64,000 nucleotides of DNA from an uncultured Elusimicrobiaceae bacterium (GCA_964417965.1 CAYQJX010000010.1:318-64317), one strand, 5' to 3'; shown: positions 34,326 to 45,040, counted from the first letter of the stretch. Made by a program: numbers and translations. The notes: generated by a model not told the origin, from the letters alone.

Positions 34326-34553
34326 CCCGGACGCACTCCCCTCCCTTCTTGTTTCCAGGTCTGGCCGCCCCCCGCGGGGCGGCCGGACTTATTTGTCCCC
34401 GCAGGCGCCCCGCCAAAGCCGGAAACAAGAATTTAATAATTTATAAACAAGCCTTTTGTATAATTTTCCTGTATCTTATAAAGGGATTCTATATTTATCC
34501 CTTTATATCTTTTATACCGATTTTGGGCGTACCGGTCCCGGAGGACTAAAAAA

Positions 34554-37500
34554 ATGGAGCAGGAACCTAAACTGGACCCGTCGACAATTACCGACGTGGA
34601 AACCGCCAAACTGGCGCTGCGCTGGGCCGTGGAGAAGATCCACGGCCTGCAGGAGGAAACGGGGCGCCTGCGCGAGGACAACCGGACCAAGACCTCCATC
34701 AACCGCTCCCTGACCGAACAGGTGGAGCAGAAAACCGAGATCCTCAAGAAGTGGCAGGGCACCATAAAGACCTGGGAAGAGAACTGGAAGACCCAGACCG
34801 CCATGGAGTCGGACCTCAAGTCCAAGCTCCGCGAACAGATCCTCAACGAAGAGAGCACCAACTGGCGCGCCGCCCGCATCCAGCTCGAGAAAGAGATCGT
34901 CGCCCTGAAGAACGAACTCGCCGCCCGCGAGAACGAGATCGGCCGCGTGAAGATGGCGATGATAGACGAGTCCCGCAAGGCCTCCGAGGTCAAAGAGGCG
35001 GAACTCAACGCCCTGCTTTCCAAACACCAGGACAACCTCGCCTCCCGCGAGGCGGCCCTGCGCGAGAAGTACGAGCGGCTGGAACACGAGCTGATGGCCG
35101 CCCAGCGCCTGCGCGCGGAGCAGGAAGAACTGTCCCTGCGCGAGCGCTACGAGGTGAAGGCCCAGGAGCTCTCCAAACTGCACGAGCAGAAAGAGGCGCA
35201 GCTGGAAGCCTTCCGCACCCGCCTGGAGAACGACTATTTCGAAAAAACCGGCGCCGTTAAAGGCGAAGCCGCCAAGGAGCTGGAGGCCCGCCGCCTGGAG
35301 CTGGAAGGCTCCTACCGCGACCTGAAGACCTCGCTGGAGAAGGAGCTGGAGGAGAAGCAGGCCAAGAGCAGGGCCGAAGAAGAAGCCCGCAGCCAGGAGC
35401 GCCGCGCCTCGTTCGACAACAGGCTGGCCGCCCTGGAAAAAGATTACGCCGAGCGCCTCACCCGCGCCGAAGAAGAAAAGACCGCCGAGATCGCGGCCTT
35501 CAAGAGCGCCGCCCAGCGCGAGCTGGAGACGCTGCGCGTGCGCACCCAGGAGGCCGCCGGCAAGCGCGAGCAGGAATACGTGGACCTGCGCCTGGAGATG
35601 GAAGGCCAGCTGGTGGAGCTGGTCAAGAAGCGCGAGGAGGAGATCCGCGCCCGCTACGAGCGGGCGGCCGACGAAACCCGCCTGCGCTGGGAGCGGGCCT
35701 CCAACGAAACCCGCGCCGCGCGCGACGCGGAAGCCGTCAAAGCGGCCGAGCGGGCCGAAGCCGAATTCAAGCGCCGGGAGGAAGAGCTGCGCGCCCGCCA
35801 GCAGGAGGAGTTCAAGGCTTTCCGCGGGAAGACCGAGGACGAACTGCGGGGCAGGGAAGAAGCCCTGCGCGCCGCCATGCTGGAGGAGCAGAACGCCTGG
35901 ACGGTGCGCCAGCAGGCCGCCGCCGACGAAACCCGCCGCGCCCTGGAGGCCAGCCACGCCGACAGGCTCGACAGCCTGCGGGCCGGGCTGGAAGAAGCCT
36001 ACCACATGAAGGAAAAAGCGCTGGAGACCAGGGTGGCCTCCGTGCAGCGCAAGATCAAAGCCGAATGGCTGGCCCGCGAGGACGAGTGGCGCATAGAGAA
36101 GGAAGCCGTCCTGCACGAGGAGAAGGAGAAACTTAAGGCCGAGTTCGAGGACCACCGCTCCCTCCTGCACAAGAAACTTTCGCAGTTCGAAGACGAGATG
36201 AAGCTCAAGTTCGCGCAGAAGGAGGCCGAGGCGGACAACGCCCGCAAGGCCTCCATCGCCGCGGCCGCCGACGAGCTGAAGAAAGAGCTCGAGGCCGAAA
36301 AGGCGCGCCTGCGCGACCAGGTCTCCTTCGCCAAACGCGAGCTGGAAACCCGCGAGAACGCCGTACGGCAGGAAGCCGACGCGACGGTGAAGACCATGGC
36401 GGACAATCTGCGCCGGCAGGAGGAAGAGCTCAAGGACAGGCAGCGCCGCAAACTCGAAGAAGCGGAAGCCGCCTTCAGCTCGCGCCTGGACGCCGAGCGC
36501 GCCAGGCTGGCTTCGGAGTTCTCGGCGCGCGCCGCCGCCGCCGAACAGGAGCGCCTCAAGGTGCTGGAAGAAAAGTCCGCCCTCGAGGAGGCGCACGCCG
36601 CCAAGGTCCGCCAGCTGGAGGCCGCCGGCGAAGACCGCGCCCGCCAGGAGCGCGCGAAGGCCGAAGAGGCCTTCCATTCCCGAGAGCTGCACATGAAATC
36701 CCGCGAGGCCGAGCTGGACAAGCTGCGCATCACGCTGGAGCAGCAGCACAACGACCTGAAGCTGAAGCTTTACGCCGAACTGCAGGAGAAGGAGCACGAG
36801 CTGTTCGGCAAGCTGGCCTCCGCCAAGGAGGAGATGTACAAGGCCCTTAACGCCCACCGCGAGGTGCTCGACAAGGAGCACGAGGCCCGGCTCTCCGGCC
36901 TGATGCAGAAGGAAGAGGAGATGCAGGGGCGCTTCGACGAAAAGATCAAAGCCGCGGAAGCCGCGCTGAAGCAGCGCCTGCAGGACGAGACCGACAAGCT
37001 CGCCGTGGAATTCGAGGGCCGCAAGGCCGACCTGGACACCAAGCTGAAGGCCAGGGAGCAGTCGCTGCTGTCGGCCTTCTCGGAAAAAGAAGCCCGCATG
37101 GAGGCCGAAGCCGCCATCCGCGAAAAGAACGCCGCCGCGGCCCAGGAAAAAGCCGCCGAGCGCCGCCGCCAGGACATGGAGAACACGCTGGCCCGCCGCG
37201 AGAAGGAACTGGACAAGAAATACACCGAACTTTCCGAGAAGCTCAACACCCAGTTCAGGTCCGAAAAGGCCTCCTGGGAAGCGCAGAAGCTTTCGGTGCT
37301 GAACGCCGACCGCCAGGCCCTCAGGGCCGAGTTCGAGAAGAAGGACGCCGTCATCGAACAGAAGTTCAACGAGGAGCTGGCCAGGAGCCGCCAGGAAAAA
37401 TCCCGCATGGACGAGGAGCTCTCGGCCAAGAAGGAAGAACTGGAGAAAGCCTATTACGCGGAACTGGAACGCAGCCGCGCAGCCGCGGAAAAAGTCAGGA

Positions 37501-37718
37501 AAGAGCAGGAAGCCCAGCTTAAGGTCCGCTTCGAGGAACTGGAGCGCGAGCAGAACAGGCTCAGCCTGTGGACCGTGAGCAAAGAGGACGAATACGCCAA
37601 GCGCTGCCAGGCCCGCGAAAAAGAGCTGATGAAACTCTGGGAGGACAAGCAGGCCGAGCTGGAGAAGGAATATTCCGCCAAGCGAAAGGAACTGGAGGCG
37701 AAGTTCGGCAGCAGGTGA
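34554..37718 (+). CDS. Giant coiled-coil protein A (1054 aa)
   Basis: Continuous E/K/R/A/L-rich heptad-like sequence with no Walker A, TM or signal peptide. Confidence 0.8.
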   Translation: MEQEPKLDPSTITDVETAKLALRWAVEKIHGLQEETGRLREDNRTKTSINRSLTEQVEQKTEILKKWQGTIKTWEENWKTQTAMESDLKSKLREQILNEESTNWRAARIQLEKEIVALKNELAARENEIGRVKMAMIDESRKASEVKEAELNALLSKHQDNLASREAALREKYERLEHELMAAQRLRAEQEELSLRERYEVKAQELSKLHEQKEAQLEAFRTRLENDYFEKTGAVKGEAAKELEARRLELEGSYRDLKTSLEKELEEKQAKSRAEEEARSQERRASFDNRLAALEKDYAERLTRAEEEKTAEIAAFKSAAQRELETLRVRTQEAAGKREQEYVDLRLEMEGQLVELVKKREEEIRARYERAADETRLRWERASNETRAARDAEAVKAAERAEAEFKRREEELRARQQEEFKAFRGKTEDELRGREEALRAAMLEEQNAWTVRQQAAADETRRALEASHADRLDSLRAGLEEAYHMKEKALETRVASVQRKIKAEWLAREDEWRIEKEAVLHEEKEKLKAEFEDHRSLLHKKLSQFEDEMKLKFAQKEAEADNARKASIAAAADELKKELEAEKARLRDQVSFAKRELETRENAVRQEADATVKTMADNLRRQEEELKDRQRRKLEEAEAAFSSRLDAERARLASEFSARAAAAEQERLKVLEEKSALEEAHAAKVRQLEAAGEDRARQERAKAEEAFHSRELHMKSREAELDKLRITLEQQHNDLKLKLYAELQEKEHELFGKLASAKEEMYKALNAHREVLDKEHEARLSGLMQKEEEMQGRFDEKIKAAEAALKQRLQDETDKLAVEFEGRKADLDTKLKAREQSLLSAFSEKEARMEAEAAIREKNAAAAQEKAAERRRQDMENTLARREKELDKKYTELSEKLNTQFRSEKASWEAQKLSVLNADRQALRAEFEKKDAVIEQKFNEELARSRQEKSRMDEELSAKKEELEKAYYAELERSRAAAEKVRKEQEAQLKVRFEELEREQNRLSLWTVSKEDEYAKRCQAREKELMKLWEDKQAELEKEYSAKRKELEAKFGSR

Positions 37719-37740
37719 TCCGCCGCAGGCGGAGCCGTCT

Positions 37741-40656
37741 ATGACTAACGGGATCCCCCCCCACGATTTCGAGGATATCCTCAAAGAAACCGAGTTGGAC
37801 TCGGCCAAGATGATCCTGCGCCTCACCTCCGAGCTGCACGACAAGGAGGTGGAGGTCGCCTCCACGCGCTCGCGCAGCTTCGAGGAGATCCAGCGCAACA
37901 ACAAGGCCAAGGAGGCCGAGTTCGAGGCGCTGATGCGGGCGCAGGAGGAGCGCATCGCCAAGCGCGAACAGGAACTGGCGCGCCTGCTGGTGGATAAGGA
38001 ATCCGCCCTCTGGCAGAAGTACCAGGCCATGCTCGACGACGCGGTCAGCCGGCAGCGCGGGGAATTCGAATCGGAGCGCGAACTGCTGAGATCCGATATA
38101 GAAAAAAAAGAGGCCGAACTGGCCGCCCAGAAGAAGAACCTCCGGCTGGAGATGGAAGCCCTTTTCAAGAAGTGGGAGGCCGAGCGCGAGGCCGATTTCA
38201 AGAACGAGCGCGAAACTTTCATAGAAGAGCTAAAACTGGGCCGCGAGACCGCAAAAAAAGACGCCATGGAACGTGCCCGGCACATGGAAGAGCTCTGGCG
38301 CCAGAAACTGCTGCAGCAGGAAGCCGATTTCAAGAACCGCGAGGCCATAGCCGCCGAGGAAATACGCAGCCACATGCGCCGCGAAAGGGTGGAGGAGCTC
38401 AGGGAGGTCAACGACCGCCTTAATTCCGAATTTTCAAAGCGCGAGGCCGAGCTCTACGCCCACTACGCCGCCTGGCTGGAAGAGAACAAGAAGCTCATAG
38501 AGGACAAGCACGCCAGGCGCTCGGAGGCCGTGGAGGCCGAGCACAGGGAAAGGACCGCCCGGCTGGAGGATTCGCTGGCCAAGACGCGCCAGGAGCTGGA
38601 TGCCCGGGAGAAGACCTGGGAAGAAAAGTACGGAGAGCTGCGCCGCTCTTACGCCGAGAAAGAGGCCGCCCTGGACGCCCAGGGGCGCGGGCTGGAAGCG
38701 CAGCACCTGACCCGCGACCGCGAGCTTTCCGAGAAATACGAAGAGCTCGCCCGCTCGCTGCGCGAAGACGCCGCCCGGCGCAAGGACGCGCTCCTCAATA
38801 AGGAAAAAAGCCTCGAGACCCAGTACGCCGCCAACCTGGCGGATTTCGCCGCGGAGAGCGAGCGCCGCCTTAAATCCATAGAGACCAGGGAAGCCAAAGC
38901 GGCCGCCGAGCGCGGCGAGCTGGCCGCGCTGCGCGCCCAGATAGGTTCGCTGCTGGCCCAGAAACAGCAGGACCTGGAGAAAACTTTTGCCGAGCGCAAC
39001 TCCCTGGCCATGCAGTCGCTGGAGGAGTCCTACAAGATAAAAGAAGCGAGCCTCGCCAAGAAATACGAGGACATCGACCGCCATTACGCCTCCCTCGCGG
39101 CGCAGCGGGACGAGGCCCTGGCCAGGGCCGACGCGGCGCAGCAGGAGAACGCCAGGCTTAAGGACGCTCTCTCCTCGCTGGACTCGGACGCCAGGGGCGC
39201 CGCCGAGGCCGAGCGGGCGCGCCTCGCCGCGGAGCGCGACAGGCTGGAGGCGGAGTTCCGCGCTAAGACCGAAAAATTCAAAACAGAAGCCGCGGAGCGG
39301 GAGCGGGCAATGAAAGCCGCCTACGCCGAAAAGCTGGAGGCCGAAAGCTCCAGGCTGGGCGCCCAACTGAAGATAAAGGAAGAGGCGCTGGAAAAAGAGC
39401 GCGAGGAGCTGGACCGGCGCTCCGCGGAAACGGAAGAGCGCTTCATGCAGGCGCTCAAAGAACGGGAAGGCGAGATCAGCGGCAACTTCCTCCGGCACTC
39501 CGAGCACCTTAAGAACCAGGCGGAAGCCGCCCGCCGCGCGTGGGAAGAGGAGCGCGCCGCCCTTGCCGCGGCCGCGGACGCCGAGACGGCCAAGGCGCGG
39601 GAGCAGGAGCGCGAAGCCGCCGCCAGGCGGGAGGCCGAGCTGAAAGTTTTTTACGAGGCGAGGGAAAAAGAGTACCGCGCCTCCGCCGACCAGGCCGCGC
39701 AGGCCACCGAGCGCCACCTGGCGGAGAATTTTGCCATCAAGGAGCAGTCCGTCACTGCCAGGGTGAAGGCCCTCGAGGAAAGCCTGGCCAAGCTGTCGGG
39801 GGAAGGTGAAACGGCCGCCCGCGAACTCGCGGCCGCCAAGAACGAACTGGAGCTGTTCAGCACCCGCCTGGAAGAGGCCGCCCGCGAAAAGCAGAAGCTC
39901 ATACAGGAGAACCTCACCAAGGCCCGCGACCTGCGCCAGACCCTGGAGAAGGAATTCCTCGACAAGCTCAAGGACATAGAGCAGAACTACCTCGGCCAGC
40001 TGACCGACCTGTCGAAGCGCTCGGAGGAGGCCCGCCGGGCCGACCAGGACGAATATTTCCGCAAGCTGCAGTTCGTGAAGGACGATTTTAACGCGCAGCT
40101 GGCCGAGCAGGCCAAAGCCATGGAGGCCGCCTACCTGGAGCGCGAAAAGAACCTTTCCGCGGCCATGGAGCAGTCCTTCAAGCTCAAGGAAAAAGCGCTC
40201 GGCGCGCGCCAGGCGCAGCTGGAGAACAGCTACCAGGCCATGCTCTCGGAAAAATCCTCCCTGATAGACACGGACCGCGAGCTGGCCGACAGCGTAGGCC
40301 GCATGAAGGACGAACTCGAGGCGAAAAACCTGGAGCTCAAAGAGACCATAAACTCCTACAACACCCGCCTGGCGGAACTTGAGACCAGGCTGCGCTCTGA
40401 TTTCGAGGCCCGCCGCAAGGACCTGGAGGACACGCAGCGCATGCGGGCCTCGCAGCTGGAATCCGAACGCGCCAAACTGAAAGCCGTGCTCGACCAGGAG
40501 CAGCGGCTGGTGACGGACCTGCAGAAGCGCGAAGCCGCGCTGCAGGAAGGCTACGCGGCGCGGGAAGCCGAGCTGGCGCGCCGCTTCAAAGAAGCCCGCG
40601 AGCGCCTGGAAAAAGATTACCAGGACAAGCTGAAAGAACAGGGCGGGAATAAGTAA
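37741..40656 (+). CDS. Giant coiled-coil protein B (971 aa)
   Basis: Same composition as protein A; begins 22 nt after its stop. Confidence 0.8.
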   Translation: MTNGIPPHDFEDILKETELDSAKMILRLTSELHDKEVEVASTRSRSFEEIQRNNKAKEAEFEALMRAQEERIAKREQELARLLVDKESALWQKYQAMLDDAVSRQRGEFESERELLRSDIEKKEAELAAQKKNLRLEMEALFKKWEAEREADFKNERETFIEELKLGRETAKKDAMERARHMEELWRQKLLQQEADFKNREAIAAEEIRSHMRRERVEELREVNDRLNSEFSKREAELYAHYAAWLEENKKLIEDKHARRSEAVEAEHRERTARLEDSLAKTRQELDAREKTWEEKYGELRRSYAEKEAALDAQGRGLEAQHLTRDRELSEKYEELARSLREDAARRKDALLNKEKSLETQYAANLADFAAESERRLKSIETREAKAAAERGELAALRAQIGSLLAQKQQDLEKTFAERNSLAMQSLEESYKIKEASLAKKYEDIDRHYASLAAQRDEALARADAAQQENARLKDALSSLDSDARGAAEAERARLAAERDRLEAEFRAKTEKFKTEAAERERAMKAAYAEKLEAESSRLGAQLKIKEEALEKEREELDRRSAETEERFMQALKEREGEISGNFLRHSEHLKNQAEAARRAWEEERAALAAAADAETAKAREQEREAAARREAELKVFYEAREKEYRASADQAAQATERHLAENFAIKEQSVTARVKALEESLAKLSGEGETAARELAAAKNELELFSTRLEEAAREKQKLIQENLTKARDLRQTLEKEFLDKLKDIEQNYLGQLTDLSKRSEEARRADQDEYFRKLQFVKDDFNAQLAEQAKAMEAAYLEREKNLSAAMEQSFKLKEKALGARQAQLENSYQAMLSEKSSLIDTDRELADSVGRMKDELEAKNLELKETINSYNTRLAELETRLRSDFEARRKDLEDTQRMRASQLESERAKLKAVLDQEQRLVTDLQKREAALQEGYAAREAELARRFKEARERLEKDYQDKLKEQGGNK

Positions 40657-40677
40657 TTCTCCCCCCGCGGCCCGCGC

Positions 40678-40717
40678 AAAAAAACACGGCGGCATCAGCC
40701 CGTCGTGTTTTTTTTAT
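40678..40717 (+). terminator. Intrinsic terminator
   Basis: AAAACACGGCGGC / GCCCGTCGTGTTTTTTT imperfect stem with a T tract. Confidence 0.65.
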
Positions 40718-40802
40718 TTCCCGAAATATTTGTATATAATTTATCTCCCGCGCAAAGCATAAAAACCGCGCGGGAACAGCGGCGGTTATTATTAAGAAGG
40801 CG

Positions 40803-42272
40803 GTGAATCTTAAAATGAAAGAATTCAAAAATAAAATACTTTTTGTGGGCTACGGCGCGGTCGCGCAGTGCACGCTGCCAATCCTGATGAAGCTCATGAA
40901 AGTATCTGCCAGGAACATCACGGTGATGGATTTCGAGGACAAGCGCAAAGAGCTTAAGCCGTGGATCGCCAAGGGCGTCACCTTTATCCGCAAGAAGGTC
41001 ACGCAGGACAACCTGGACGCCACCGCCGGCAAATACCTCTCCGCCGGAGACATCCTGATAGACCTCGCCTGGAACATAGAGTGCGGCTCGCTGCTGCAGT
41101 GGTGCCACGACCGCGGCGTGCTCTACCTCAACACCTCCACCGAACTCGAGGACCCTTACACCGGCGCGCTGGACAAGCACCCGACGGAGCGCACCCTCTA
41201 CTGGCGGCACATGAACATCCGCCGCCAGATAGCCAAGTGGAAGACCCCGGGCCCCACGGCGGTGCTCGAGCACGGCGCCAATCCCGGCCTGATTTCGCAT
41301 TTCACCAAGAAGGGCCTGATCGACATCGGCAACCGCCTGATAACGGACAAGAAAGTTAAAGGCAAAGACGCCGAAATTATCCGCCAGCTGATCAGCGACC
41401 AGACCTTCAACGAGCTCTCCAGGAAGCTGGGCGTGAAGGTGATACATTGCAGCGAGCGCGATACGCAGATCTCCGCAAAACCCAAGGAAGTGGACGAGTT
41501 CGTAAACACCTGGAGCGTGGAGGGTTTCCGCGAGGAAGGCACCACTACCGCCGAGATGGGCTGGGGCACGCACGAGAAGGAACTGCCGCCGCTCGCCTAC
41601 CAGCACAAGACCGGCCCCAAAAACCAGATCTGCCTGGCCCGCATGGGGATGAACACCTGGGTCACCTCGTGGGTCCCGAATTACAAAGTGCGCGGCATGG
41701 TGGTCCGCCACGGCGAAGCTTTCACCATCTCCGACAAGCTGACCGTCTGGAAGAACGGCAAGGCCGTGTACCGCCCTACGGTGCATTACGCCTACTGCCC
41801 CTGCGACGCGGCTACGGTGTCCCTTGAGGAATTAAGGGGCGACGACTACAAGCTGCAGCCCAAGTTCCGCATCATGACCGACGAGATCATAAAGGGCGAG
41901 GACACCCTGGGCGCGCTAATAATGGGTCACGCCTACAACTCCTGGTGGACCGGCACCAAGCTGGACATCCACGAATCGCGCGAGCTGGTGCCGCACCAGA
42001 ACGCCACCACCATGCAGGTGGCCATTTCCGTGGTGGCCGCCACCATGTGGATGATAGAGAACCCGGACCGCGGCGTGCTGGTGCCCGACGACCTGCCGCA
42101 CGAATATATCCTGAAGATATCCAAGCCCTACCTGGGCAAGATGCTCTCCATCCCATCGGACTGGACGCCGCTCAAGCATTACACCAACGCCTTTCACGGG
42201 CATAACAACCCCGCCGTAGACAGGAAGGACCCGTGGCAGTTCAAGAACTTCCTGATCACGGACGGCGATTAG
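40803..42272 (+). CDS. hss: Homospermidine synthase
   Basis: VGYGAV Rossmann start; EHGANPGLISHF, IHCSERDTQ, NTWSVEGF.EEG, HGEAFTI, RPTVHYAYCPCD, QNATTMQV. Start is GTG 40803 or ATG 40815. Confidence 0.9.
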   Translation: MNLKMKEFKNKILFVGYGAVAQCTLPILMKLMKVSARNITVMDFEDKRKELKPWIAKGVTFIRKKVTQDNLDATAGKYLSAGDILIDLAWNIECGSLLQWCHDRGVLYLNTSTELEDPYTGALDKHPTERTLYWRHMNIRRQIAKWKTPGPTAVLEHGANPGLISHFTKKGLIDIGNRLITDKKVKGKDAEIIRQLISDQTFNELSRKLGVKVIHCSERDTQISAKPKEVDEFVNTWSVEGFREEGTTTAEMGWGTHEKELPPLAYQHKTGPKNQICLARMGMNTWVTSWVPNYKVRGMVVRHGEAFTISDKLTVWKNGKAVYRPTVHYAYCPCDAATVSLEELRGDDYKLQPKFRIMTDEIIKGEDTLGALIMGHAYNSWWTGTKLDIHESRELVPHQNATTMQVAISVVAATMWMIENPDRGVLVPDDLPHEYILKISKPYLGKMLSIPSDWTPLKHYTNAFHGHNNPAVDRKDPWQFKNFLITDGD

Positions 42273-42323
42273 GTTTTTGTATAAACTAAAAAATCGGGAA
42301 ATGGAGGAAGACCAGACAAAAGT

Positions 42324-43472
42324 ATGATCACAAAGAAACAGATGCAGGACCTCGCCAAGAAGCACGGCACGCCCCTTTTCATCGTAGACCACGATGAAAT
42401 ACGCAAGAACTACGCGACATTCAAGAAGTACATGCCCCGCGTACAGGCCTACTACGCGGTGAAGTGCGAGCCGATGGCCGAAATAGTGAAGACGCTCTAC
42501 AAGGCGGGCGCCAGTTTCGACGTGGCTTCCATGCCGGAGTTCATGATCGTGCACGAGTACATCAAGAACATGCCGGACAAGAAGCGGCTGGCCTGGATCT
42601 GGGACAAGATCATCTACGCGAACCCGATAAAGCCCAATGAGACCCTCAAGGAGCTGGACCAGTACCGGCCCCTCGTCACCTTCGACAACCTGGAAGAGAT
42701 ACACAAGATAAAGAAGTACGCCCCCCACGCCGGCCTGTGCCTGCGCATCCGGGTGCCCAACACCGGCGCCGTGGTGGAACTGTCCTCCAAGTTCGGCGCC
42801 TCCCCCGGCGAGGCCGTGGACCTGATCCTCGAGGCCGTGCGGCAGGGCCTCGGCGTGGAAGGCCTCAGCTTCCACGTGGGCAGCCAGACCACCAACTTCG
42901 AGAACTACGTGCAGGCCATCAACCTGGCCGCCGACATCTTCAAGGAAGCCAAGGAACGCGGCTACGACAAGATGAACCTGCTCGACATCGGCGGCGGCTT
43001 CCCGGCCCCGTACGACTCCTCCGTGAAACCGTTCCAGGAGCTGGCCCGGACCATCAACGCCGAGCTGGAGCGCCTGTTCCCGGACCCGAAGATAGAGATC
43101 CTGGCCGAACCCGGCCGCTTCATGATAGCGACCGCCGGCACCTCGGTAGTGCGGATCAACGGCAAGACGGTGCGCGACGGCAAGACCTGCTACTACGTCA
43201 ACGACGGCGCCTACCACACGTACTCGGGCATCATCTTCGACCACCAGCACTGCAACATGTTCTCCTTCCGCAAAGGCAAGAAGGCCGAGAACTGCGCCGT
43301 GTTCGGCCCTACCTGCGACGCCCTGGACGTCATCTCCACCGCGATGCCGCTGCCGACGGACCTGCAGCTGGGCGAGCTGATGTACAGCACCAACATGGGC
43401 GCGTACAGCCACGCGTCCTCCACCTGGTTCAACGGCTTCCCGCCGGCCAAGGTGATACACGTGAACAAGTAG
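42324..43472 (+). CDS. Fold-type-III PLP decarboxylase (ornithine/lysine decarboxylase-like)
   Basis: YAVKC (PLP Lys), KFG, FHVGSQ, DIGGGF, EPGRF, GPTCDALD, GAYS. Confidence 0.88.
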   Translation: MITKKQMQDLAKKHGTPLFIVDHDEIRKNYATFKKYMPRVQAYYAVKCEPMAEIVKTLYKAGASFDVASMPEFMIVHEYIKNMPDKKRLAWIWDKIIYANPIKPNETLKELDQYRPLVTFDNLEEIHKIKKYAPHAGLCLRIRVPNTGAVVELSSKFGASPGEAVDLILEAVRQGLGVEGLSFHVGSQTTNFENYVQAINLAADIFKEAKERGYDKMNLLDIGGGFPAPYDSSVKPFQELARTINAELERLFPDPKIEILAEPGRFMIATAGTSVVRINGKTVRDGKTCYYVNDGAYHTYSGIIFDHQHCNMFSFRKGKKAENCAVFGPTCDALDVISTAMPLPTDLQLGELMYSTNMGAYSHASSTWFNGFPPAKVIHVNK

Positions 43473-43490
43473 CGCCCCGGGAACCCGGAA

Positions 43491-43526
43491 AAAAATACCG
43501 CGGGCCGGCGCCCGCGGTATTTTTTT
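43491..43526 (+). terminator. Intrinsic terminator inside the polyamine cluster
   Basis: AAAAATACCGCGGGC / GCCCGCGGTATTTTT. Confidence 0.8.
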
Positions 43527-43557
43527 CGCCCCCCGCGTAATTTATTATAATTTACCT

Positions 43558-44109
43558 ATGTCACTACACCTGGTACCCAAAGAAGTTTTCCTGACCAAAG
43601 GCCTCGGCCGCCACAAGGAAAAGCTGGCGAGCTTCGAGGAAGCCCTCCGGGACGCCAAGATAGCCAAGTACAACCTTGTGCACGTCTCCAGCATCTTCCC
43701 CCCCTACTGCAAGGTGATCCCGGCCAAGAAGGGGATCCCCAAGCTCAGCGACGGCCAGATCCTGCACTGCGTGCTGAGCCGCAACGCCATCAACGAGAAC
43801 CACCGCCTGATCGCCTCCTCCGTAGGCCTCGCGGTGCCCAAGGACCGTTCCCATTACGGCTACATCTCCGAACACCACACCTTCGGCGAGACCGACGAGA
43901 AGACCGGCGACTACGCCGAAGACCTGGCGGCCATGATGTTATCCACCATCCAGGGCGTGGAGTTCGGCAGCGAGACCACCTGGGACCAGAAGGAAGAGAT
44001 CTGGAAGCTGAGCGGCAAGATCGTGCGGGCCGCCAACATCACCCAGTCGGCCATAGGCACCGAGGGCGTCTGGACCACCACCGTGGCCGCCGCCGTCTTC
44101 CTGTTCTGA
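43558..44109 (+). CDS. pdaD: Pyruvoyl-dependent arginine decarboxylase
   Basis: SFEEALRDAKIAKYNLVHVSSIFPP autocleavage (S-S) motif; YGYISEHH; WTTTVAAAVF. Confidence 0.88.
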   Translation: MSLHLVPKEVFLTKGLGRHKEKLASFEEALRDAKIAKYNLVHVSSIFPPYCKVIPAKKGIPKLSDGQILHCVLSRNAINENHRLIASSVGLAVPKDRSHYGYISEHHTFGETDEKTGDYAEDLAAMMLSTIQGVEFGSETTWDQKEEIWKLSGKIVRAANITQSAIGTEGVWTTTVAAAVFLF

Positions 44110-44165
44110 AAATTTCCGGCGCCTGACGGGCCGGATGGCCGGCCCGGTAACACCCAAAGGTAATT

Positions 44166-45026
44166 ATGATCTTCAAACCGGCTAAAAAGCAGTTCCTGTT
44201 CGGTGACCTGAAGGCTCCCGGCGGCGCGGCCTTCGTCATCCTGCCGGTGCCCTACGAGAAGACCGTCTCCTACGGCAAGGGGACCAGGAAGGGCCCCGGA
44301 GCCATTGTGGACGCCTCCTGGCAGCTGGAGCTGTGGGACGAAGAGACCAAGGCCGAGACGTGGAAGCGCGGCATCTTCACCGCCGCCCCCGTCAACTGCG
44401 CCCTGCCCGACAAGAAGTTCTTTCCCCTCCTGGAGAAGACCGTGGACGGGCTGCTCGCCTCCACCCAGGCGCTGCCCTTCTTTATCGGCGGGGAGCACAG
44501 CATAACCCAGGCGCTGCTGCCGCCTTTTATAAAGCGCCACAAAAATCTCTCCATCCTGCATTTCGACGCGCACGCGGACCTGCGCGTGTCCTACCACGGC
44601 GACCGGCACAGCCACGCCTGCGCGGTCTATCCCGCCTCGCGCACCAACCGTGTGGTGCAGGTGGGCATCCGCAGCGTGGGCCACGACGAGCGCCAGTTCC
44701 ACAACGCGGGCAACGTGACCACCCACCTGATGCACGAGAACCGCGACCTGAAAAAACTGGAACGCGCCGTGCTGCGCGAGCTGACGGACACGGTTTACCT
44801 GACCATAGATGTGGACGGCTTCGACCCGTCCGTGATGCCCGGCACCGGCACGCCCCAGCCCGGCGGCTTCGGCTGGTACGAGGCGCTGCGCCTGTTCAGG
44901 ACGGTTTGCAGGAACAAGCGCGTGGTCGGGGTGGACATCGTAGAGGTGGCCCCGGTCAAAGGCTCGCACGTCAGCGAGCTCACCGCGGCCAAGCTGGCAT
45001 ACCGGCTGATGGGCTACCTGTCCTGA
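44166..45026 (+). CDS. speB: Agmatinase (ureohydrolase family)
   Basis: GGEHS, HFDAHAD, DVDGFDPS, GTGTPQPGG, DIVEVAP. Confidence 0.9.
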   Translation: MIFKPAKKQFLFGDLKAPGGAAFVILPVPYEKTVSYGKGTRKGPGAIVDASWQLELWDEETKAETWKRGIFTAAPVNCALPDKKFFPLLEKTVDGLLASTQALPFFIGGEHSITQALLPPFIKRHKNLSILHFDAHADLRVSYHGDRHSHACAVYPASRTNRVVQVGIRSVGHDERQFHNAGNVTTHLMHENRDLKKLERAVLRELTDTVYLTIDVDGFDPSVMPGTGTPQPGGFGWYEALRLFRTVCRNKRVVGVDIVEVAPVKGSHVSELTAAKLAYRLMGYLS

Positions 45027-45040
45027 ACGCCCGGGGCGAC

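Noticed and set aside
34554-40656. Coiled-coil proteins as SMC/SbcC or phage tape-measure proteins
   Set aside because: No Walker A/B or hinge motifs and no phage genes nearby.
34512-40695. Very long antisense ORFs (1299 aa and 753 aa) and other long opposite-strand ORFs such as 7632-9836 and 30253-31914
   Set aside because: They shadow real GC-biased genes, have no motifs or RBS, and their composition is the reverse-complement of the sense codons.
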